A stretch of DNA of 38,097 bases, from NCBI GenBank assembly GCA_050177775.1, contig JBFXGS010000003.1, positions 1 to 38,097 of the forward strand, written 5' to 3'. The notes under the pieces were generated by a model. That model was not told where the DNA came from. It saw nothing but the letters and a program-made list of their open reading frames with translations, and did not search any database. The DNA comes from Bacilli bacterium (GTDB lineage: Bacteria > Bacillota_I > Bacilli_A > ML615J-28 > CAG-698). Shown here piece after piece: positions 1 to 7,610 of the stretch. Made by a program: the position numbers and the translations under genes. Position 1 is the first letter of the stretch. Each line of letters starts with the position of its first letter.

Positions 1-31
1 GTCGCCAGTTCGATTCTGGCCTGGGCCACCA
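1..31 (+). tRNA. 3' part of a tRNA (T-arm, acceptor 3' strand, CCA); possibly tRNA-Phe, anticodon outside window
   Basis: GCCAG-TTCGATT-CTGGC T-arm followed by CTGGGCC-A-CCA. The end resembles Firmicute tRNA-Phe (...GCCACCA), but identity is uncertain. Confidence 0.9.
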
Positions 32-43
32 TCTTAAAGAAAT

Positions 44-78
44 GCTTTAATACTTTAGTGTTAAAGCTTTTTATTTTT
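44..78 (+). terminator. Intrinsic terminator after the tRNA
   Basis: GCTTTAATAC-TTTA-GTGTTAAAGC stem (one G-U pair) followed by TTTTTATTTTT. Confidence 0.75.
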
Positions 79-100
79 ATAGTTTAGCATGGTTTTTCCT

Positions 101-128
101 TTGGAAAGCCAACAATATATGATATAAT
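101..128 (+). promoter_or_regulatory. Sigma-A promoter for HAD/amidase operon
   Basis: Extended -10 TGaTATAAT at 120-128; TTGGAA at 101-106. Confidence 0.55.
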
Positions 129-151
129 ACTAACTAGTATGGAGAAAAAAG

Positions 152-931
152 ATGAATATTAAAGACATTTCCTTGTTTTTATTAGATATGGATGGAACGA
201 TTTATTTTGAAAACACGTTAATTGACGGAGCAAAGGATTTCATTGAAAAACTTGTTTCTAAACAAATTCCTTATGTTTTTCTAACTAATAATTCGTCGGT
301 TAATAAAAATAATTATCTTGATAAATTAAAACGCTTAGGAATTCCTTGTGGCGAAGAAAACATCTTTTCTTCAGGAATGGCTTCTTGTCTTTATTTAAAA
401 GAAAACAGAAAGAACCAAACCGTTTATGTTGTGGGAACAAACGCTTTGAAAGACGAATTAAAAAACGCCGGAATAAAAATTGTCAATGAACAACCAAACA
501 TTGTTTTAGTTGGTTTTGATCGTGAATTGAGTTATGAAAAATTGGAAAAAGCTTGTGAGTTTATTGATGATGGGGCCGAGTTTATCGCCACTAATGCCGA
601 TGTGTTATTCCCTATCAAAAACCATCGTTACATTCCTGATTGCGCAAGCATCTGCGCAATGATAACAAATGCCACCAAAAAGGAACCTTTGTTTATCGGA
701 AAACCGAATCGTTATATGGTGGATATGGTTTCAAGGAAATACCAAATCCCAACATCAACCATGGCCGTGGTTGGGGATCGCTTATATACCGATATTGCGG
801 CTGGCATTAACGCCCAAGCCGTTACGGTTTTAGTGCTGACGGGAGAAACAACCAAAGAAATGCTTGAACAATCAGCCCTTAAACCCGATTATGTTTTTTC
901 ATCGATAAAAGATTTAGGAAAGGTTTTATAA
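152..931 (+). CDS. HAD-IIA family phosphatase (NagD/AraL-like)
   Basis: DMDGT motif I, LTNNS, FIATNAD, IGKP and VVGDRLYTDI motifs. Confidence 0.92.
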   Translation: MNIKDISLFLLDMDGTIYFENTLIDGAKDFIEKLVSKQIPYVFLTNNSSVNKNNYLDKLKRLGIPCGEENIFSSGMASCLYLKENRKNQTVYVVGTNALKDELKNAGIKIVNEQPNIVLVGFDRELSYEKLEKACEFIDDGAEFIATNADVLFPIKNHRYIPDCASICAMITNATKKEPLFIGKPNRYMVDMVSRKYQIPTSTMAVVGDRLYTDIAAGINAQAVTVLVLTGETTKEMLEQSALKPDYVFSSIKDLGKVL

Positions 932-934
932 ATT

Positions 935-2842
935 ATGAAATATTTTACACTTCTGACAATTCTTTTTTTTGGTGTTTTTTTGATTTCTTGTGATGAAAAA
1001 CGACAACCTTCCGCCGATTTAGATGTCCCCAATTTACAACTGGAATTAAGAGTCGGGGAAAGCAAAACGATCGAAACCGTTGTAAACAATGAAACAGAAG
1101 CGACAAAAGTTATTTTCTTTTCCGGAAATACCGATATCGCGACCGTTGATGAGCAAGGTAGCGTAAAGGGCATTAGTCTTGGCCAAGTTACCATCATTGT
1201 TTATTTAGAAGGCGAAGACGAAGTGTTCGATGTTAGTGTCAAAGTCATCAAAGACGTTAATCAAGAACTTACCATCATTAAAAATAAACTAGTTGAAGAA
1301 ATAGGGATTGGCTCTAGGATGAATATAATCCTGCCAACAACCGAGGGAACTTATGGTTCAACCATTAGTTGGGAATCTTCCAACCCTGAAGTTATGACAA
1401 ATGAAGGTATCATTTTTCAAAAAGAATATAACACTTACACGGATCTTACTTTTACGATTAATCTTGAAGGTCAAACGCTTGCGCATACGATTTTGTTTAC
1501 GGTCATCGGTTATGCTTACGAGATTGTTGCTGACGACTTTTTAAAGCAGTTTAGCAATTTAATCACAAGAAATTACGATAATATCAAAACGACGAATTAT
1601 GGATATCCGAATGCGGAAATAACTTGGACTTCATCCAATGAAGCTGTTTTCACAAATCTTGGTGTTTACAAAAAGCCAGCCCAAGACACGCCTTTCTTTA
1701 TTGAAGTGCAGGTTTCGTTTATTGACCAAAGTGCCAGCTATTCTTTTAAAAAAGATTTAATTGCTCAAGGCGTTACAATTTATGAAAAAACGGATGCCCT
1801 TGAAGATAAAATATTGGCGTCTTTAAATTTTGGAACCATAGTCAGCGAATCTTTGGAACTTCCGATTTTTGATGATGAATATCAAGCCACCTTAAACTGG
1901 TTTTCCAATCATGACGACATAATTACCAATACCGGAATTTTTATACCACCGATTGCTAACCAAATGGTAACCCTTAGGTGCGAGGTAACAATCGGTAAAG
2001 ACTATGATTCCTTTTCTTTGGAAATGGAAGTGGCAGGTAAAAACTATGATGAGAAATGGGAAGCAATAACGGATTTTTTAAGTTTAATTTTTCAAGATCA
2101 AATAAAAACCCAGCGTTATACGATGTACGGAGCCACCTCCTATACCGCTTATAATTATGGATATTTGCCGTTTTATTCAGAACACAGATCGATTATCCTA
2201 GACGGAATGGTTCCACTCGTTGATCGACCCGGAACAATCAAGACCCAGACCAAATGGATTGTCATTCATGATACCGCCAACACCAATGAGGGTGCGGATG
2301 CCGAAATGCACACGCGCTATATTCGCAGCAAACCGGGAGTGTCTTGGCATTATTCCATTGATGACGAAGAAACTTATCAACATATCCCCAATGAAGAGGT
2401 CGCTTATCATGCGGGAGCAAAAGAAGGTAATAACTATGGAATCGGGATTGAAACTTGTTTAAACTACGGCATCGATTACAACGTGGTCATGCGTAAAACC
2501 GCCAAACTGACAGCGGAATTGTTAGTCGAGTTTGATTTGGGCATTTATAATGTTCGCCAACATAATTATTATTCGGGAAAAGATTGTCCGCATGTCATGC
2601 GTTCAGCCAATCGCTGGGATGAATTTTTAATGCTTGTCGCCATGGAATACTTTGCCTTAACCAATCTTCAAGACGTTTCATTTGTGTGGGAGTCCCTTTC
2701 ACCGGAAACTTTAGATAATACCGGGAAAATAATTTCTCAAAACGGCAGTGAAACCGAAGTTAGTTATCAAGTCTTGGTAACCTATAATAACGAAACCAGA
2801 ACTTTTAACCACACTTCCACATTGTTAGCAAAATCATGGTAA
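935..2842 (+). CDS. Lipoprotein N-acetylmuramoyl-L-alanine amidase (Amidase_2) with Big_2-like domain and Ig-like repeats
   Basis: Lipobox LISC; Big_2-like FSGNTDIATVDEQG; three W-x-S-x-N/H repeats; amidase motifs IVIHDTAN, SWHYSIDD, EVAYHAG, IGIETC, QH..SGKDCP; C-terminal Ig half-repeat. Confidence 0.88.
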   Translation: MKYFTLLTILFFGVFLISCDEKRQPSADLDVPNLQLELRVGESKTIETVVNNETEATKVIFFSGNTDIATVDEQGSVKGISLGQVTIIVYLEGEDEVFDVSVKVIKDVNQELTIIKNKLVEEIGIGSRMNIILPTTEGTYGSTISWESSNPEVMTNEGIIFQKEYNTYTDLTFTINLEGQTLAHTILFTVIGYAYEIVADDFLKQFSNLITRNYDNIKTTNYGYPNAEITWTSSNEAVFTNLGVYKKPAQDTPFFIEVQVSFIDQSASYSFKKDLIAQGVTIYEKTDALEDKILASLNFGTIVSESLELPIFDDEYQATLNWFSNHDDIITNTGIFIPPIANQMVTLRCEVTIGKDYDSFSLEMEVAGKNYDEKWEAITDFLSLIFQDQIKTQRYTMYGATSYTAYNYGYLPFYSEHRSIILDGMVPLVDRPGTIKTQTKWIVIHDTANTNEGADAEMHTRYIRSKPGVSWHYSIDDEETYQHIPNEEVAYHAGAKEGNNYGIGIETCLNYGIDYNVVMRKTAKLTAELLVEFDLGIYNVRQHNYYSGKDCPHVMRSANRWDEFLMLVAMEYFALTNLQDVSFVWESLSPETLDNTGKIISQNGSETEVSYQVLVTYNNETRTFNHTSTLLAKSW

Positions 2843-2850
2843 GGAAAAAA

Positions 2851-4812
2851 ATGAATAAAATAAAAACAATCATGAAACTCTTGTTTCTTATATTGATTGC
2901 CAATGTTTTAATTGGTTGTCAAGAAGAAAACGAACCATCAAAACTTGATCATTTAGAAACTTGGGTATTAGAATTATACGAAAACAAATTAATCGACAGT
3001 GATGTAACGTTCCCTTTGACAGCGGATTTATCGGGGTCAACCTTAACATGGGAAACCAGCCATCCCGACGTTTTAACCGCGGAAGGAGTTTATCTAGCTC
3101 CCAGCGAAGATACCGAAGTGGTCTTAACTTGCACCATCGCCATCGACGGAAAGCAGAAAGTTATTAATATACCGGTCCTTGTGAAAGAAAAAGATGAACC
3201 GATTGTTGAACCAACGAAACTGGAGCAATTAGAAGCTTGGGTTTGGTCTTTATACAACAACAAGCTTATTGATGAAAATCAGAATTTTCCGATTACTTCC
3301 GATGCGCTTGGCGGAACCATCAAATGGCAATCATTTGATCAAGAAATACTAACATCAAAGGGGATTTACACGGCCCCCGTCGTTGATACGAACATTGAAC
3401 TTGTTTGTACAATTAGTGTTGACGAAGATCAAAAAATGCTTTTCATCCCCGTTGTCGTTAAAGGCTCTGGCACTCCGCTTGATGCAATAAGTATTTATCT
3501 CAATCATTTGATTGATGTCGAGGTCGTCAACAACGTTTATCTTCCCCAAACCCACCCCGATTATCCGTGTTCCATTGTTTGGGAATCATCCCGTCTGGAT
3601 ATTCTAGACAATCAAGGTAATTTCATAAAACCGCAAACCGATATTTCTTTTTCTTTAAAATATACCATTTACTATCAAGAACAAACCAAAACCGAAACAT
3701 TGGCCATGGTTGCGAAAGGATTGACCGATTTACAAAGAGCCCATGAAGTATTAACGGCCTTTGATCGCCAATACGAAGGCATTAAAGAAGTAACTTCCGA
3801 TCTTAACTTAGATCAAGCCACCGACCAACACCAGGCCACTCTTTTGTGGGAATCATCCAACCCCAGCGTGATATCTTCACTTGGAGAGTATCACGCGCCT
3901 TTGTATGACCAAAATGTTCGTTTAACTTTAACTGTAAAAGTAGGAAATGCTCAAGTGTCTTCAACCTATCAATGGGTTGTAAAAGGGGGATTGGCTTTGA
4001 ATAAGTGGGACCAAATAACACAATTTTTACATGCCATTTCCAAACCGGAAATCAACACCATTAACCAATTTTATTTGTTTGGTTCCGAGGCGGGTTATGA
4101 ACGAGTTAATTCCCAAAACATTGGTTACTTGCCTTTCTATGATGAAGAACCGATGACCATCATTCAAGAAATCGTCCCGATGACGAATTTAAATATTCGT
4201 CCCGGTCGTAATCGTACAGAAACAAAATTCATTGTCATTCACAATACGGGAATGGCGGCACCAACAGCGACCGCCAAACAACTAAGTAAAGCCATTCAAA
4301 ACTCAACCAGACAAGCCTCTTGGCATTTCTCGATTGATGATAAAGAAACTTATCAACAATTAGGAATTAATGAAGTTGGTTGGCATGCGGGCGAATCCAA
4401 TGGCAATAATTATGGAATCGGAATTGAATCTTGTGTTTATCAAGGTGTTGATTTCAACCAAGTCTTGAGGAGACTGGCGAAGTTAACAGCCAAGCTTTTA
4501 ATTGATTTTGATTTAGGGTTTGAAGCCATCAAACAACATTTTGACTTTAGCGGGAAAAATTGTCCGCAAGTGATCAGGGAAGCCAACCGCTGGGATGAAT
4601 TCCTTGATTTGGTGCAAATTGAATATTTTGCGCAAACGCAATTAAAAGATGTCAACTTTGTGTGGGAATCATTAACGCCCGTTGTGTTGGATAATGAAGG
4701 AAAGGTCATACATCATCCCGGAACCAAAACAAAAGTATCTTATCGAGTCAGCGTTACTTACAATAACGAAACACGAACATTTGACTTTGAATCAATGCTT
4801 AATAACTTATAG
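2851..4812 (+). CDS. Lipoprotein N-acetylmuramoyl-L-alanine amidase with four Ig-like repeats; paralog of upstream gene
   Basis: Lipobox LIGC; four ~90-aa repeats; IVIHNTG, SWHFSIDD, EVGWHAG, QH..SGKNCP. Start placed at ATG 2851 after AAGGA. Confidence 0.88.
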   Translation: MNKIKTIMKLLFLILIANVLIGCQEENEPSKLDHLETWVLELYENKLIDSDVTFPLTADLSGSTLTWETSHPDVLTAEGVYLAPSEDTEVVLTCTIAIDGKQKVINIPVLVKEKDEPIVEPTKLEQLEAWVWSLYNNKLIDENQNFPITSDALGGTIKWQSFDQEILTSKGIYTAPVVDTNIELVCTISVDEDQKMLFIPVVVKGSGTPLDAISIYLNHLIDVEVVNNVYLPQTHPDYPCSIVWESSRLDILDNQGNFIKPQTDISFSLKYTIYYQEQTKTETLAMVAKGLTDLQRAHEVLTAFDRQYEGIKEVTSDLNLDQATDQHQATLLWESSNPSVISSLGEYHAPLYDQNVRLTLTVKVGNAQVSSTYQWVVKGGLALNKWDQITQFLHAISKPEINTINQFYLFGSEAGYERVNSQNIGYLPFYDEEPMTIIQEIVPMTNLNIRPGRNRTETKFIVIHNTGMAAPTATAKQLSKAIQNSTRQASWHFSIDDKETYQQLGINEVGWHAGESNGNNYGIGIESCVYQGVDFNQVLRRLAKLTAKLLIDFDLGFEAIKQHFDFSGKNCPQVIREANRWDEFLDLVQIEYFAQTQLKDVNFVWESLTPVVLDNEGKVIHHPGTKTKVSYRVSVTYNNETRTFDFESMLNNL

Positions 4813-4813
4813 A

Positions 4814-4841
4814 AAGAGAAAGCCAAAAGCTTTCTTTTTTT
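4814..4841 (+). terminator. Intrinsic terminator after amidase operon
   Basis: AAGAGAAAGC-CAAAA-GCTTTCTTTT stem followed by a T-run. Confidence 0.75.
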
Positions 4842-4842
4842 G

Positions 4843-4907
4843 TGAAATCGTTTTAAAAATGTAATCGTTTTTTAATTATATCTTTTCTTATTGATAAGTG
4901 CTAAAAT
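4843..4907 (+). promoter_or_regulatory. Hydrogenase promoter region: tandem TGWAATCGTTTT boxes and extended -10
   Basis: TGAAATCGTTTT (4843-4854), TGTAATCGTTTT (4860-4871), TGcTAAAAT (4899-4907). Confidence 0.45.
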
Positions 4908-4929
4908 GCCATTGAGAAGAGGTGGTAAT

Positions 4930-5421
4930 ATGCCTATCAAATTCGAAATGAGTCCTTGTCAAATCGAAGAGCTTAAAGCCCAAATGGCCAAGCATAAGCA
5001 AAAACCAGGACCCTTAATGCCAACTCTGCATGATGCCCAACATATCTTTGGGTGTATTCCGCTGGCGGTTCAAAAAATTATTTCGGAAGAATTAAATGAA
5101 CCAATCGCTAAAATAAACGGTGTGGTGAGCTTTTACTCCCATTTTACCGTCGAACCAAAAGGGAAACACATTATTAATGTTTGTTTAGGGACAGCATGCT
5201 ACGTTCGAGGTTCACAAGACATCATCAACACACTTTCCGATTTGTTACAAATTAAACCGGGAGAAACAACCGTTGATGGGAAGTTCACATTAGCAGCAAA
5301 CCGCTGTATTGGGGCATGTGGACTGGCTCCGGTTTTTACGGTTGACGGGAAAGTTTACGGAACGGCGAACACAAAAGTTGCTCAAAATGCCATTGCGAGC
5401 ATTTTGAAAGCGCAAAGTTAA
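4930..5421 (+). CDS. hndA: [FeFe]-hydrogenase NuoE-like 2Fe-2S subunit (HndA/HydC)
   Basis: VCLGTACYVRG and RCIGACGLAP 2Fe-2S motifs; ATG 4930 follows SD GAGGTG. Confidence 0.9.
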   Translation: MPIKFEMSPCQIEELKAQMAKHKQKPGPLMPTLHDAQHIFGCIPLAVQKIISEELNEPIAKINGVVSFYSHFTVEPKGKHIINVCLGTACYVRGSQDIINTLSDLLQIKPGETTVDGKFTLAANRCIGACGLAPVFTVDGKVYGTANTKVAQNAIASILKAQS

Positions 5422-5431
5422 GGAAACAATT

Positions 5432-5818
5432 ATGACCAAAACGCAACTTTTAAAAATCAGGGAACAAGCCTCCCTAAAATTACGGATGGCCAATATTCCC
5501 AACGCCTATCGGATTGCTATTGGGATGGCAACTTGTGGATTAACAGCGGGCTCCCAACCCGTTTATGATGAATTTATAAGCGAAGTAGCAAAACGCAACT
5601 TGAAAAATGTTTTTGTGGTGTCGGTTGGTTGTGTCGGAGAATGTGCCCTTGAACCGCTTGTTGAGGTTTTTGATAACAAAGGTTTTACTACCACATATTG
5701 CAAAGTAAAACCGCTGGATGTTGAAAGAATTATTGACAGCCATATTATCCAAGGCTTTGTTTTAGAAGATTTATTAATCGATAAATACAAGAAAATAGGT
5801 GGCAGCAATGAGTATTAA
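5432..5818 (+). CDS. hndB: Thioredoxin-like 2Fe-2S ferredoxin subunit (HndB/HydD)
   Basis: IGMATCG..AG, VGCVGECALEP, VERIIDSHI; lies between hndA and hndC. Confidence 0.85.
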   Translation: MTKTQLLKIREQASLKLRMANIPNAYRIAIGMATCGLTAGSQPVYDEFISEVAKRNLKNVFVVSVGCVGECALEPLVEVFDNKGFTTTYCKVKPLDVERIIDSHIIQGFVLEDLLIDKYKKIGGSNEY

Positions 5819-7601
5819 ATATCAAGTCATTGTATGTAACGGTAGTCATTGTTCTTCGTCAAATTCGCAAGGACTGTTTGATGAATTTAAAAAAACGCTA
5901 TTTGAATTAGATTTAGATACATCCGTTAACTTGTTTATGGGCGGATGTTTAGGCTTTTGTGATCAGGGCCCCGTTGTTATTGTTTATCCTGATTCAACGC
6001 TTTACACTCATGTTACGGTTGAAGCCGTTGACCAAATTTGCGTTGAGCATTTATTGAATGGCAACATTGTTAATTCTTTAACTTGCCACGAAATAACGCC
6101 GGAAATGCATGCCAAGATTCAAAAGTTTCGGGAAGCTCATTTATATACCCACCAAGAACGAATTGCCTTAAGAAATTGTGGCATCATTAATCCCGAAGAC
6201 ATTGAAGAATATATTGCTCGTGATGGCTATTTAGCCCTTGCGAAAGCATTAACAGAAATGACTCCGGATGACGTCATTGAAGAAATTAAAAAGTCCAAAT
6301 TACGCGGACGTGGTGGGGGCGGATTTCCGACCGGATTAAAATGGAGTTTAGCGGCTCGCAATAAAGGTGGGCAACACTACTTAATTTGCAACGCCGACGA
6401 AGGCGACCCCGGAGCGTTTATGGATCGTGCTGTTTTAGAGGGGGACCCATTCAGCGTCATCGAAGCCATGACCATTGCCGGTTATGCGATTTCTGCATCC
6501 CAAGGTTATATTTATGTTCGTGCCGAATATCCTTTAGCCGTTGACCGCGTTAATAAGGCCATTAAAGCAGCTTATGAAGTGGGTTTGCTAGGGAATAATA
6601 TATTAGAAAGCGGCTTTAGTTTTGACTTGGAAACAAGACTGGGAGCGGGAGCTTTTGTGTGCGGTGAAGAAACCGCTTTGATGGCTTCGATTGAAGGTGA
6701 ACGGGGAATTCCGCGAAACAAGCCACCTTTTCCCGCTGATGCCGGATTATGGAAAAGACCAACAATTATCAACAATGTGGAAACTTTCGCAAACATTGCG
6801 CCGATAATTATGAAAGGCGCGGATTGGTTTAACACCATCGGTACCGAAAAATCCCGCGGAACCAAAGTGTTTGCTTTAGGCGGAAAGATTAACAACACCG
6901 GTTTACTGGAAATTCCGATGGGAACAACTTTGCGCGAAGTCATTTTCAATATCGGAGGAGGAATCCCCAATGATAGAGCTTTTAAAGCCGTGCAAACGGG
7001 AGGACCTTCGGGAGGATGCTTAACGTCCAAACACTTAGACACGCCCATTGAATACGATACGCTGGTTAATCTCGGTTCCATGATGGGAAGTGGTGGCATG
7101 ATTGTCATGGATGAAACCAACTGCATGGTGGATGTTGCTCGCTTCTTTTTAGAGTTTACCGTTGATGAATCATGTGGAAAATGCACCCCTTGTCGTGAAG
7201 GGACCAAACGCATGCTGGAATTATTGCAAAAAATAACGAAGGGAAAAGCCGGTTTAGAAGATTTGCAAATGTTAGAAAATCTGGCTAATTCCATCAAAGA
7301 CTCCGCTCTTTGCGGTTTAGGGCAAACAGCACCCAACCCGGTTTTATCTACTTTAAACAATTTCCGAGACGAATATTTAGCTCATGTTCTCGATAAAAAG
7401 TGTCCAGCCGGCGTTTGTAAAGACTTAATAAAATATTATGTTACCGAAAAATGTATTGGTTGCGGCCGTTGCAAACGCAATTGTCCGGCCGGAGCGATTG
7501 CTGGCGACATTAAAAAAATTCATGTTATTGATCATAATATTTGTATCAAATGTGGTGCATGCAAGATTTCTTGCCCTGTTGGCGCCATTATCACAGCTTA
7601 G
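5808..7601 (+). CDS. hndC: NuoF-like flavin/NAD(P)-binding hydrogenase subunit (HndC/HydB)
   Basis: LRGRGGGGFPTG, NADEGDPGAFMDR, GAGAFVCGEET, GGPSGG, ESCGKCTPCREG, C-terminal 2x[4Fe-4S]. Confidence 0.93.
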   Translation: MSIKYQVIVCNGSHCSSSNSQGLFDEFKKTLFELDLDTSVNLFMGGCLGFCDQGPVVIVYPDSTLYTHVTVEAVDQICVEHLLNGNIVNSLTCHEITPEMHAKIQKFREAHLYTHQERIALRNCGIINPEDIEEYIARDGYLALAKALTEMTPDDVIEEIKKSKLRGRGGGGFPTGLKWSLAARNKGGQHYLICNADEGDPGAFMDRAVLEGDPFSVIEAMTIAGYAISASQGYIYVRAEYPLAVDRVNKAIKAAYEVGLLGNNILESGFSFDLETRLGAGAFVCGEETALMASIEGERGIPRNKPPFPADAGLWKRPTIINNVETFANIAPIIMKGADWFNTIGTEKSRGTKVFALGGKINNTGLLEIPMGTTLREVIFNIGGGIPNDRAFKAVQTGGPSGGCLTSKHLDTPIEYDTLVNLGSMMGSGGMIVMDETNCMVDVARFFLEFTVDESCGKCTPCREGTKRMLELLQKITKGKAGLEDLQMLENLANSIKDSALCGLGQTAPNPVLSTLNNFRDEYLAHVLDKKCPAGVCKDLIKYYVTEKCIGCGRCKRNCPAGAIAGDIKKIHVIDHNICIKCGACKISCPVGAIITA

Positions 7602-7610
7602 GAGTCAACC

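Noticed and set aside
935-4812. Amidases as prophage endolysins in a tRNA-integrated element
   Set aside because: No integrase, holin, structural genes or repeat of the tRNA 3' end seen; both proteins have lipoboxes.
4840-4857. Full Rex operator upstream of hydrogenase
   Set aside because: Only the left half (TTGTGAA) matches; the right half TTTTAAA is poor.
6572-7360. 262-aa antisense ORF inside hndC (and the other short shadow ORFs in the track)
   Set aside because: They lie within well-supported genes, lack RBS or motifs, and are expected from codon bias.
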